Of a DNA stretch of 64,000 nt, positions 19,850 through 28,772 are shown piece by piece. The stretch lies in contig JAUYMS010000026.1 in NCBI GenBank assembly GCA_030698625.1, positions 14,841-78,840 of the forward strand. Reading direction: 5' to 3'. The position numbers were made by a program, and so were the translations under genes. Source of the stretch: Candidatus Omnitrophota bacterium. Its GTDB lineage: Bacteria > Omnitrophota > Omnitrophia > Omnitrophales > Aquincolibacteriaceae. The stretch's first letter is position 1. Each line of letters opens with the position of its first letter. Below the pieces are notes generated by a model. That model did no database searches. It was not told where the DNA came from and saw only the letters and a program-made list of their open reading frames with translations.

Positions 19850-21400
19850 CTAACGCTTCCCTGAGCTTACAAGTTCCTGCTGGATGCGCTTCACCTTTTC
19901 CATGATACTTTTACGCTGAACAACTTTGATGAAGCTGTCGACGACGCGTGGGTCAAACTGAGTGCCTCGGTTAGCTTTGATTTCCTTGAGGGCCTGCTCG
20001 ATGCTCATTAGGTCGCGATAGGCCCGCTTGGAACTCATGGCAACGAAGGAGTCTACCACAGAAACAATACGTGCGCCAATAGGGATTTCATCCCCTTTTA
20101 ATCCCTGAGGGTAGCCTTTTCCGTCGAAACGTTCACGGTGATGGAGAATGATGGGAATCACCGGTTTCAACGAAGAAATAGATCGCAGAAGACTCGCACC
20201 GCGCATCGGAATGCGCTTCACTTCCGCCAACTCCTTCTTCGTCAGCTTACCTTTCTTATGCAGAACCTGCTCCGGCACTCCCAAAGCGCCTGTATCCCTC
20301 AAAAAGACAGCCCTTTGCAGATGAATGAGGTCCCGGCTCGACAGATCCATCTCCCTGCCGATCTCCAGAACAATCTCGGCAAACACCGGCAGCTGACTGC
20401 GGTCACCCCCGAAGTTCAATTCCATCAATTCGTTAATAGCCTTGATACTCCCCAATGTGAGCTGCTCAGTTTCCTCAAAAAGCTGGGCATTCTTGATGGC
20501 CACAACCGCCTGCTCTGAGAGCGACTTCAGGATCTCCAAGTCCGTCTTGGTAAACGGCTGATTATCGGACTTGTCCCAAAGCACGATGACACCCACAACA
20601 TCCTCTTCAATGAAGGGTACGGCTATAGATCGCCGCGTGAGGTGAAACTCACCTGTCGACGCAATATGTCCTTCCAATCCGCGGCCTACGCGAAGCCGCT
20701 GGCGGTGAACAAAACGCGGATTCTCCCCAAAACTAAAGCATGGGAGCAGGTATTCATGGGTGGGGTCTATCAACATGATGGAGCACCCCGTCGCCTTCAA
20801 GACTTGAGCACTCAAACGTCCGATTCGGGGCAGCAAATCGGTAAGGCGAATGGACGAGCTGATTACTCGGTGGACCGAATGCATCGTCGACAAGGCTAGC
20901 GCACGAGGGTGAACCGTCTCATAGAAGTTATTAAGCTCGAAGGTCTTATAAGCAAGCTCAACCTGGCTGCTCAGGAAGTAATCGAATGGCTGGATGTAAG
21001 CGCGGAGTTTCTGTGACGGGTCCGTCAAGGAACAGAGCAGCAAAAAACCCTTAAGCTTTCCAAGATGGCTGATGGCGAAAATGGCCCCCCTGCGACCGTG
21101 GGAGTCCTTATAAAAAGAGGGCAAATCCTGCGGGCTATCGACACTGCTGGCAAGGACCTCGCAGTACTTAATGAGAAATGCCTCCATGCTTCTCTGATTC
21201 TGTACGGACTCGGCGTAAAAGGGGCAGTGGTCCTTGCGATCTAATCGGATCAATCGGCTCGTGGGATCCTTTTCGAGAAGATAGAGCCATCCGAGCGGCC
21301 GTCCAAAAAGTTGATTGAAAGAGCGATACCCTTCATGCCACTGAGGGTTGGGCTGCATGAAGCGCTCGATGACCGTCAATTTCTTCTTATTTTTTTTCAT
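19850..21400 (-). CDS. sensor-GAF-HD-GYP protein with degenerate HD motif
   Basis: GAF segment (FTKTDLEILKSLSEQAVVAIKNAQLFEE); HHRERFDGKGYPQGLKGDEIPIGARI; GTQFDP; the HD dyad reads RD. Confidence 0.9.
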   Translation of the reverse strand: MKKNKKKLTVIERFMQPNPQWHEGYRSFNQLFGRPLGWLYLLEKDPTSRLIRLDRKDHCPFYAESVQNQRSMEAFLIKYCEVLASSVDSPQDLPSFYKDSHGRRGAIFAISHLGKLKGFLLLCSLTDPSQKLRAYIQPFDYFLSSQVELAYKTFELNNFYETVHPRALALSTMHSVHRVISSSIRLTDLLPRIGRLSAQVLKATGCSIMLIDPTHEYLLPCFSFGENPRFVHRQRLRVGRGLEGHIASTGEFHLTRRSIAVPFIEEDVVGVIVLWDKSDNQPFTKTDLEILKSLSEQAVVAIKNAQLFEETEQLTLGSIKAINELMELNFGGDRSQLPVFAEIVLEIGREMDLSSRDLIHLQRAVFLRDTGALGVPEQVLHKKGKLTKKELAEVKRIPMRGASLLRSISSLKPVIPIILHHRERFDGKGYPQGLKGDEIPIGARIVSVVDSFVAMSSKRAYRDLMSIEQALKEIKANRGTQFDPRVVDSFIKVVQRKSIMEKVKRIQQELVSSGKR

Positions 21401-22548
21401 CGCATCTCAGCCACAGGCCCCTGGCTCTTTATGATTCGCTCATGAGTCTCAAGAGCAAATCGATCCGTCATTCCGGAAACATAATCGCAAATAGCTCGAT
21501 AGAGACCATATTTGGTTTGTCGCGCAAGCATGTCCTCCGACAAAATCTCCGGCGCTCGCAGCGACGCCTTAAAAAGTGATCTCACAACTTCTTTTCCCCG
21601 CTCCGCCATGCCGACAACGCGTTCATGCTGATAGAGCGCTCGGTGTAAAAATCTCCTCAACTCCATCCGGTACTGCCGAATCTTGGGAGAAAACCCTACG
21701 ATTCGGCGACCCGTTTTCTGCAAGTCTTCGACAGAACGGAATCTCAGTTTTTTTATTGTTAAAGACGTCGTATCGACGACATCTGTCACTTGATAGTTAA
21801 TAAGTAGCCGGATCGCAAGCCGCTTCCTCTGCATCTCGGGCATCGGAGGACATTTCTTACCGATATACTCTTCGAGGTCTCGCCAAATTCCGAGCTCTGA
21901 TATATCCTCCTCGCGAATCAGTCCTGCCCGCAATCCGTCATCAAGATCATGGCTATTGTATGCAATTTCGTCGGCCACATCTACAACATCAGCTTCGAGG
22001 CTTCGAAATGGGCGCGATCCCTTTGGATAAAACCGCTCCGGGTGCTTTTTGAGGCCCTCCCTCGTTTCAAAACTAAGATTGAGGCCAGGAAATTCGGCAT
22101 AGCTGGACTCTAACTCTTCGACGATCCGCAAGCACTGCTCGTTATGCTCAAACCCGCCGTGGCCCTTCATCATCTCCTGCAGAGCCCACTGCCCGGCATG
22201 GCCAAAGGGCCCATGGCCCAAATCATGAGCTAGCGCGATCGCCTCTACCAAATCTTCATTCAAAGCCAAGGCTCGCGCGATGGTTCTTGCAATCTGGCAG
22301 GTCTCCAGCGTGTGGGTCAAACGCGTGCGGAAATGGTCTCCCTCATCGTTGACAAAGACCTGTGTTTTGTACTGCAATCGCCGGAAGGCCGTGCTGTGCA
22401 AAACCCGATCGCGATCCCGCTGGAACGGAGTGCGGACTTCATGTTCCTTTTCGAGATACTGACGTCCTCGGAATGCCGCACTCTTAACGGCATACCCTGC
22501 CAATAAACTTGCTTCTTTCTTCTGATATGCTGTACGGGACCTTTTCAA
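21397..22548 (-). CDS. dgt: deoxyguanosinetriphosphate triphosphohydrolase
   Basis: RTPFQRDRDR, FRRLQYKTQVF, RTRLTH, HDLGHGPFGH, DYVSGMTD. Confidence 0.95.
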   Translation of the reverse strand: MKRSRTAYQKKEASLLAGYAVKSAAFRGRQYLEKEHEVRTPFQRDRDRVLHSTAFRRLQYKTQVFVNDEGDHFRTRLTHTLETCQIARTIARALALNEDLVEAIALAHDLGHGPFGHAGQWALQEMMKGHGGFEHNEQCLRIVEELESSYAEFPGLNLSFETREGLKKHPERFYPKGSRPFRSLEADVVDVADEIAYNSHDLDDGLRAGLIREEDISELGIWRDLEEYIGKKCPPMPEMQRKRLAIRLLINYQVTDVVDTTSLTIKKLRFRSVEDLQKTGRRIVGFSPKIRQYRMELRRFLHRALYQHERVVGMAERGKEVVRSLFKASLRAPEILSEDMLARQTKYGLYRAICDYVSGMTDRFALETHERIIKSQGPVAEMR

Positions 22549-22552
22549 TTTT

Positions 22553-23035
22553 TTAGGGCAACTTCGCCTTTAGCTCACGGTACACCGAGGCCAGCGATTC
22601 AGAAATGACCTTGGTTTCGCCCAAAACCTGCATGAAGTTTGTGTCTCCATTCCAGCGGGGCACGACATGCATATGGAGATGGCCGGGAACTCCGGCTCCG
22701 CTTGTACGGCCAAAATTCATGCCCCAGTTAAAACCCTGCGGCCGCATACTCTTCTCCAGAGCCGATTGAACCCTCTGACACATATCGAGCCAGTCCAATT
22801 TTTCAGGATCTGTCATCTGGGCAATATATTTGATATGCCTCTTTGGAAGTATCAGGACGTGACCATTGTTATAGGGGTAGAGGTTCAGCACAGAAAAGCT
22901 GTAGCGGCTTCTCTTGAGAATGTAGTGGCGGGTGTCCCGGTTTTTCTTTAATAAAGAGCAGAATACGCAACCGCTCTTCTTAGGGCCTCTCGGCCGGATA
23001 TAGACTTTGCGCCAAGGTGCCCACAGTCGTTTCAT
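22553..23035 (-). CDS. HIT-family protein, Ap4A phosphorylase/FHIT branch
   Basis: LWAPWR, CVFC, NLYPYNNGH, HLHMHVVPRW-GDTNF; ATG at 23035. Confidence 0.9.
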   Translation of the reverse strand: MKRLWAPWRKVYIRPRGPKKSGCVFCSLLKKNRDTRHYILKRSRYSFSVLNLYPYNNGHVLILPKRHIKYIAQMTDPEKLDWLDMCQRVQSALEKSMRPQGFNWGMNFGRTSGAGVPGHLHMHVVPRWNGDTNFMQVLGETKVISESLASVYRELKAKLP

Positions 23036-24686
23036 GACGGCCCTCACCTGTCCAATCGATCATCTTCGGTAAGTCATAGACACTTAACAACACATTAAAA
23101 TCGCGAAGTCCCCAAAGCTGAATCTTGGCTTCCTGCGCCATAAGCTTCGCATTCTGCTCAATCCCCCCGAGGGCAATCAGAATTTTCTGCTGCAATTTGC
23201 GACGCGTCCGCTTCAAGTCTTCCAGGAAAAGCGCCACGTCTTCCTCACGAACACGATCTTGCGCAACCTGGCAAAACCAGTTCGCATTACTGCCTCTAGC
23301 CACAAGGGGAAAAATTCTTCCGTTGGTGGGCCGAAAAAGAACCTCCGCAAAATGGGGGCACCGAACACGCCGCCCATCCCACGCTACGAGATCATTGCGG
23401 AATTCTTTAAACAGCGTTTCGACACGCTGTGTAATATCCCGGTCCGCCTCCGCCGAGACTTGATGAAATGCCTGCCGCAGGGAATCTTTCAACTCGGTCC
23501 ACACCTGACCCGTGTCAGGAGTATAAAGGCATTGCCGCTTCTTGTAAACCTCACGCAACCAGAATCGCATAAGCGGATCATCAAGGACATAAAAGGCTCC
23601 GCGCTTCACCAGCACATCTTCGCTGACGAGACGCTGAAGAATTTTCTTTGTCTCCGCCGTTCCCTTGTCGATATATGTCGCAATATTCGCCACTTTCCTC
23701 CTGCCCTCAGCTCCCGCCAGCAAAACACGCAAGCATGCGGTTCCGTCCTTGGCAAGCCCCATGACCGACTCCAGCTTCGAGTCAAACACGAGTGCGATGC
23801 GTCCATGGTAATCGAAAAGCTCGTGCGCAAAAGCCTCCACTAATAGATCTTCGCTTAAGTGGTTCGATTCGGCGCTCGGCAGCATCCACCGCAACCGATC
23901 CGCTAAAAGTTTTAGGTAGACGGGCTCACCGTCAGTCATGGCGAGGATGAATTTTTTCTGAGCATCCTGGAGATGGCAACCCGGCAACCGCGCGCCGAGG
24001 AACTCTACCGACTGCTGAAAATCAAGAGTCTGCATTTCCAGCACCTCAAAATTCCCAAATAGCAGAGACAGTTTATCTCTGAATATCTCACGTGCCCTCT
24101 GGGCCTTTGAACTCGACACGAGATAAAAAGTGTCTTTAGCGACCATTATCTCCTTACCCAAAAGAGCATAGGGGTCCGAGACCGGCAAGCAATCCAAGCT
24201 CTGGATTTCGTCAATCATCAGGACAATTTTCTTGCCTGTCTCCTCTGCCATAACACCCGTCAGCGCAAACAGTTCGCGCATCCAAAACGAAGCTTTTTCG
24301 CGTCGGATCATCTTCTTGACGCGCCGCACCTGCTCCCGCGTCTTGGGCACCAGGGATTCAGAGGCTGACACAAGGGAAGAAAAATCTTTGGGGGGTGACA
24401 GAGAGCGGCTTAAAAAAAGACCGGTCAAGAGACCGGCGATCCACCTTTCTACGAATTGCTCATACCCAAGCGAATCGGGCGGAATGTAAACAGGGATCAG
24501 GTTATCGCGACCACAGAGAGACTGGTACAGTGAGCAGAGGAGGTGGGTCTTTCCGGTTCCCGCACGTCCTATCAGCCCGATATTTTGCCGATAGCCGCGA
24601 TCAAATGCCTCTAGGCGCATTTCCAGACGATGCCGAATCTGGTCTCGCGCTGCAAAGATGGTCTCCGCAGATTGCATGACTACCAA
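22980..24686 (-). CDS. P-loop ATPase (archaeal ATPase_2-like) with wHTH and restriction-endonuclease-like C-terminus
   Basis: Walker A GRAGTGKT, Walker B LMIDE, wHTH tail YVLDDPLMRFWL, Mrr-like ending ILIALGGIEQNAKLMAQEAKIQLW. Start is TTG at 24686 or ATG at 24677. Confidence 0.8.
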   Translation of the reverse strand: MVVMQSAETIFAARDQIRHRLEMRLEAFDRGYRQNIGLIGRAGTGKTHLLCSLYQSLCGRDNLIPVYIPPDSLGYEQFVERWIAGLLTGLFLSRSLSPPKDFSSLVSASESLVPKTREQVRRVKKMIRREKASFWMRELFALTGVMAEETGKKIVLMIDEIQSLDCLPVSDPYALLGKEIMVAKDTFYLVSSSKAQRAREIFRDKLSLLFGNFEVLEMQTLDFQQSVEFLGARLPGCHLQDAQKKFILAMTDGEPVYLKLLADRLRWMLPSAESNHLSEDLLVEAFAHELFDYHGRIALVFDSKLESVMGLAKDGTACLRVLLAGAEGRRKVANIATYIDKGTAETKKILQRLVSEDVLVKRGAFYVLDDPLMRFWLREVYKKRQCLYTPDTGQVWTELKDSLRQAFHQVSAEADRDITQRVETLFKEFRNDLVAWDGRRVRCPHFAEVLFRPTNGRIFPLVARGSNANWFCQVAQDRVREEDVALFLEDLKRTRRKLQQKILIALGGIEQNAKLMAQEAKIQLWGLRDFNVLLSVYDLPKMIDWTGEGRHETTVGTLAQSLYPAERP

Positions 24687-24799
24687 ACACCGAGTTTCGA
24701 GGTTGCACTTTGCGGAGGAAACAGGGAGGAAGATATTCTACGATGTATGAGTGCTTCTAAACCCTTAGACTATTTCCCGCCGCGTTTAACGTGGAAGAT

Positions 24800-24827
24800 A
24801 TCTTACGCAATTGCATCGGGAAAGCAA
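24800..24827 (-). promoter_or_regulatory. putative sigma70 promoter for the ATPase...ftsA run
   Basis: TTGCTT-N16-TAAGAT on the minus strand, in the only sizeable intergenic gap upstream of the run. Confidence 0.4.
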
Positions 24828-24879
24828 GGGGTAAATAACTCCGGGCAGAACCCTTGCGGCAGAAGGCAAAACTGCTGGC

Positions 24880-26205
24880 CTACTGCAGATCAAAGATCTT
24901 TTTTAACTCTGTCGCAAGTTTCAAACTGTCGTGCCGCGCAAGTTCTGCTCGCATAGACAAGTCAGCCGGAATTACAACCGCTTGCGTTATTTTTCTAAAC
25001 TCGTCCAAGTTGCGCTCAATTACCGGCGCCTGACCTTTCTGCGCGTACAGCTCTAGCAGATCACGTGAAAGCTGGGTTGAGGAACAAAACACATAATCCA
25101 AGCAATCTTTACCCAAGTATTTCACGACTTCGCGAATGTGGTCGCTTACGGTGTAGTCGGTCGTCTCTCCGGGTTTGGTCATCACATTACAGATATAGAT
25201 CTTTTTAGCTTTACTCCTTCGAATTTCAGGGGCAACGCCTTCCACAATCAAATTCGAAATCACGCTGGTATACAAATCCCCGGGTCCCAGTACAATAAAG
25301 CGGGCGTGGCGAATCGCATCAAGAGCCTCAGAATTCGCTTTAGCCGGCGGATCCTGCCAAAGCCTCTCAATTCTCAATTTCGGGTCATTGCCTTCAAATA
25401 AGTCAATGCGATGTTCTCCCTCGATAATCGCGCCATTCTCGAGCTCCGCCTTCAGAATATTGAGGGACTCGGTGACTGGAATGACACGGCCCTGAATGCT
25501 GAGGATCGCACCGAGCATTTTCACCGCCTCGGTCATAGACCCCCTCATTTCGGTAAGGGCCGTGAGCAAAAGATTGCCGACATTGTGGTCTTTGAATTCG
25601 CCGCCCCCGCGAAAGCGGTGCTGAAGCAATTCGTTCAAAAGGTAGGGTGCGCTTGAGAGCGCAATTAAACTTCGCCTCACGTCACCGGGAGGGAGGATTC
25701 CAAAAAGGGCCCGGAGCTTTCCCGTGGAGCCGCCGTCATCGCTCATGCTCACAATCGCCGTCAGACTCAGACCCGACAATGTCTTGAGCCCTGAAAGCAA
25801 TGTAAAAAGACCGGTACCGCCGCCGAAACAAACCACCGACGACGACAACTCTAAGACCTGTTGCACCTTTTCGACCAAAGTGCGCAGACTAAACGGAAAA
25901 CTCATGACCTCGGTCAATTGAAGATTCTCCTTTTCTAACCGCTCCCGACCCGCATTCGTGCGTGCGATCGCGATAACATGGGGCGAAGAAAAACCTTCGA
26001 TTGAGTTTACGCGGTGAACGATTTCGACCGCGCCCATTCTCGGCAACGCTTCGTCGAGAATGAGGAGGTTGACACGCAAACTCATAGCAGTCTGAAAAGC
26101 ATCCACCCCATTGTCGACCTGAATCCAGTCATATTGAAATCGTTCCAGAGATCGGCGAATCAGGGTGGCCAGGGACGCATCCTGGGTGGCTAGAAGGATC
26201 TTCAT
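24880..26205 (-). CDS. receiver domain fused to YvcK/GlmR (UPF0052/CofD-like) protein
   Basis: N-terminal REC (LLILDEALPRM); C-terminal GGGTGL, DDGGSTGKLR, PPGDVRR, GPGDLYTS, NVMTKPGET, RHDS. Confidence 0.9.
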   Translation of the reverse strand: MKILLATQDASLATLIRRSLERFQYDWIQVDNGVDAFQTAMSLRVNLLILDEALPRMGAVEIVHRVNSIEGFSSPHVIAIARTNAGRERLEKENLQLTEVMSFPFSLRTLVEKVQQVLELSSSVVCFGGGTGLFTLLSGLKTLSGLSLTAIVSMSDDGGSTGKLRALFGILPPGDVRRSLIALSSAPYLLNELLQHRFRGGGEFKDHNVGNLLLTALTEMRGSMTEAVKMLGAILSIQGRVIPVTESLNILKAELENGAIIEGEHRIDLFEGNDPKLRIERLWQDPPAKANSEALDAIRHARFIVLGPGDLYTSVISNLIVEGVAPEIRRSKAKKIYICNVMTKPGETTDYTVSDHIREVVKYLGKDCLDYVFCSSTQLSRDLLELYAQKGQAPVIERNLDEFRKITQAVVIPADLSMRAELARHDSLKLATELKKIFDLQ

Positions 26206-27551
26206 TTCCGGCTAATGCAGCTCATTGCGGGCACAAGTCCCCCGCCGGCCGAAACATTGATGACAGACTGATCTGAAAGGCGACATACGCTCCCCGCATA
26301 ACGGCCCCCGAAAACAAACGGGTTGAGGTTAATTTTCTTGTGAACCAACCGTACGCGGCCCTGCTCCAGGATAGGAACTCGCATTTCAGGAATACGAACA
26401 TATTCCTGCACCACCCAGTGTTCACCGCTCTTGAGGACCCGCTCCACGGTACGTGTCCATTCGGATTTGGAGGTTTCGCGGCCTATCTTCACGTCCCTAC
26501 CGCCGTAACTGTCTGAGGGTTTTAAGACTAGGGCATCACGATTTTCAGCGATCATCTTCTGCAAATAGATACTTTTCCCACCGTAAAACTTCTTTCCTTC
26601 GATCACCCGCCGTGTCCAAGGGATATGCTTATCGCGAACCTTGAGCTCGTCGGGCGTAAAAAAATGTTCATAGGCCGCATTCGTCAGAATTGAAAGAACC
26701 GCCTTATTACCGGCAAGACGCGAACGCAAGGGATTGACCACACACACCTTGCCCAAGCGGTACGCTTTCAAGAAATCCCCAATTTCATCCTGCTTCTGCA
26801 TGAGTTCACGAAAGATCGCACGACGATAAACTAAATCTATGCGAAAATCCTTGGCATAAAGCTTGCCAGACCGCAGACGTAGGTCGCGGGGATCGGCAAT
26901 CACCGTAGGATATCCGCGCGATTCAAAATACTTCTTGATAATCACGAATTCGCTCATCGTCCGAATAGTACGCCAATCAACGATGGCAATACTGGGGTGC
27001 TTCTTGGCGCCACCGTGTTCGTGATAACAATCGACGAGAGCCCTTAGCAGAGCGCTTAGACGGCCAAATTTCCTAAAATGCCACTGTGAACGCAATTCCC
27101 TAACAAAGAAGCACTTTCGCAGAATCTGCTCCTGGATATCGGCGTAGCCGGCCCCGGCAGGGCTGTCACAGTTGAATTCTATAAATTCTAACCGGTTGCC
27201 ATTTAAAAAACCGTCGGGACGCGCGATAATGATATTACGCATGTAACCGGGATCAACATCCATATACTTTGCTGCAATTTTGGTCAGACCGAATATAGGC
27301 CTCAGTTCAGGGTGACTAAAATAGGCTTGGATGACCTTTTCCAGCATGCTGACGAACCGTGACGTGACATGCTGCAACTGGCGGGTTACGTGCTCCGTCA
27401 GGAAGAAGGGCTTTATGAAACAAGGGGTCGCCTTATCGCCAAATTTGCAATCTTTAGAAACGAGTATGGAATCCAGCTCTTCGATGGCTGTGCGCATCTT
27501 TGCACGATTGGCAAGAATCAATGTATCATATTGCTTTTCAACGGCTATCAT
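26202..27551 (-). CDS. circularly permuted ATP-grasp ligase (glutathionylspermidine-synthase-like fold)
   Basis: RPDGF, EFNCDSPAG, DLVYRR, VLKPSDSYGG, VVQEYV, INVSAGGG. Confidence 0.8.
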   Translation of the reverse strand: MIAVEKQYDTLILANRAKMRTAIEELDSILVSKDCKFGDKATPCFIKPFFLTEHVTRQLQHVTSRFVSMLEKVIQAYFSHPELRPIFGLTKIAAKYMDVDPGYMRNIIIARPDGFLNGNRLEFIEFNCDSPAGAGYADIQEQILRKCFFVRELRSQWHFRKFGRLSALLRALVDCYHEHGGAKKHPSIAIVDWRTIRTMSEFVIIKKYFESRGYPTVIADPRDLRLRSGKLYAKDFRIDLVYRRAIFRELMQKQDEIGDFLKAYRLGKVCVVNPLRSRLAGNKAVLSILTNAAYEHFFTPDELKVRDKHIPWTRRVIEGKKFYGGKSIYLQKMIAENRDALVLKPSDSYGGRDVKIGRETSKSEWTRTVERVLKSGEHWVVQEYVRIPEMRVPILEQGRVRLVHKKINLNPFVFGGRYAGSVCRLSDQSVINVSAGGGLVPAMSCISRK

Positions 27552-27586
27552 GGGTCTGTGAATAGATCGACTCTCCGGAGGATTTT

Positions 27587-28312
27587 ATGGAGTCTCAATT
27601 TGACTTGAAAAATGCTGTCCTCATAACCACTTTGGCGGGTCTGATTACTCTTCTCATGCCCTCTGCCCCATCCCGCGCATCCGTCATCGCGGATATCCTA
27701 ACGGCCTCCAAAGCCGTGGTCGAAGTCAATGCCGCCGGCGGCGGTTTTGTCCGCAATGACTCGGGAGGAGTCCGGGCGGTTAAATTCGAACGAAAGGGCG
27801 GCGGTATCATTATCGACGCCGCTGGAATTGTTGTCACGAATGCCCATATCGTCTCCCAAGCGGGAAGGGTGACGGTGACCCTTCAAGACAAAACGACGGT
27901 TCACGCTGAGATTGTTCATATCGCGGGAGGCCAGGATCTGGCTTTCTTGAAAATAGAGCCGCCCTACCCGCTGACCGCGTTCGTATTTGCCGACTCCGAT
28001 AGCGTAGAGCTTTCCCACAGGGTGTACGCAATCGGCAGTTCTGAGCTTCTTAAGAATACCATCAGTGAAGGTACAGTGAGCGGCTTAGGGCAAGACAGAC
28101 AAGCCGCCAGCAGTGACGGCTATAAAGTAAAGCTCCTGCGGGTAAGTTTCGAGGTGTATCAGGGAGACAGCGGCAGCCCAATCCTCAGCAGAGCCGCTGA
28201 ATTACTCGGGATCACAACAGCTGCCGAACGCTCTGGCAACCACGAGACGTTCGCTATCCCGTCTAATATCATTCAGCGACAGTACGAGGGCTATCTGGAA
28301 AGCGTCGTTTGA
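27587..28312 (+). CDS. exported trypsin-like (S1C) serine protease without PDZ domain
   Basis: GGAGG RBS; signal peptide; triad TNAH, DLAFL, GDSGSP; FAIPSN. Confidence 0.9.
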   Translation: MESQFDLKNAVLITTLAGLITLLMPSAPSRASVIADILTASKAVVEVNAAGGGFVRNDSGGVRAVKFERKGGGIIIDAAGIVVTNAHIVSQAGRVTVTLQDKTTVHAEIVHIAGGQDLAFLKIEPPYPLTAFVFADSDSVELSHRVYAIGSSELLKNTISEGTVSGLGQDRQAASSDGYKVKLLRVSFEVYQGDSGSPILSRAAELLGITTAAERSGNHETFAIPSNIIQRQYEGYLESVV

Positions 28313-28321
28313 GGATCGCGT

Positions 28322-28681
28322 TCAGGCTGCAAAGCCGGATGTCTTATGCTTCTTTTCGTAGATTTTCCGGGTACGGTCTTCGGTAATGCGGTATCGTTTC
28401 CAACGGCGGTGAAAAAAACGCAGGTCCAGCTTAAGCGTGCGCAAGGTTTGACGTAGGTCGGGCTGTTCGGTTTCGCCCGAGAAGGATGCAAGATAAGATA
28501 ATGACGTGCGCAGCAGCTTTAACTCTTCCAACTTTTCACCGATATAGGCTGCAAACTTCCTGGCTTCTTTGGTATCGCGCTGGGCAACCTCGGCCGCGAC
28601 CTCACCGTATTCAGCTTCCATCCGGTCCAGCAACGATTTTAGCAATTGATCATTGATATTGGTCATTCTTAAAGTCTCCAC
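28322..28681 (-). CDS. hypothetical helical protein
   Basis: 119-aa ORF fills an intergenic space and has an upstream TGcTATGAT element at 28721-28729. Confidence 0.6.
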   Translation of the reverse strand: METLRMTNINDQLLKSLLDRMEAEYGEVAAEVAQRDTKEARKFAAYIGEKLEELKLLRTSLSYLASFSGETEQPDLRQTLRTLKLDLRFFHRRWKRYRITEDRTRKIYEKKHKTSGFAA

Positions 28682-28772
28682 CCGCCCTAAGAGTATTATG
28701 TATACATAGTAACAAGCGGTATCATAGCAGACTTAGACTCAAAAAAGAATACGAAAATAGGCTAGGCTCCCT

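Noticed and set aside
21397-22548. dGTPase as a stand-alone anti-phage gene
   Set aside because: Its size and motifs fit the widespread housekeeping type, and there are no mobile-element or defence-island markers nearby. It is kept only as part of the module hypothesis.
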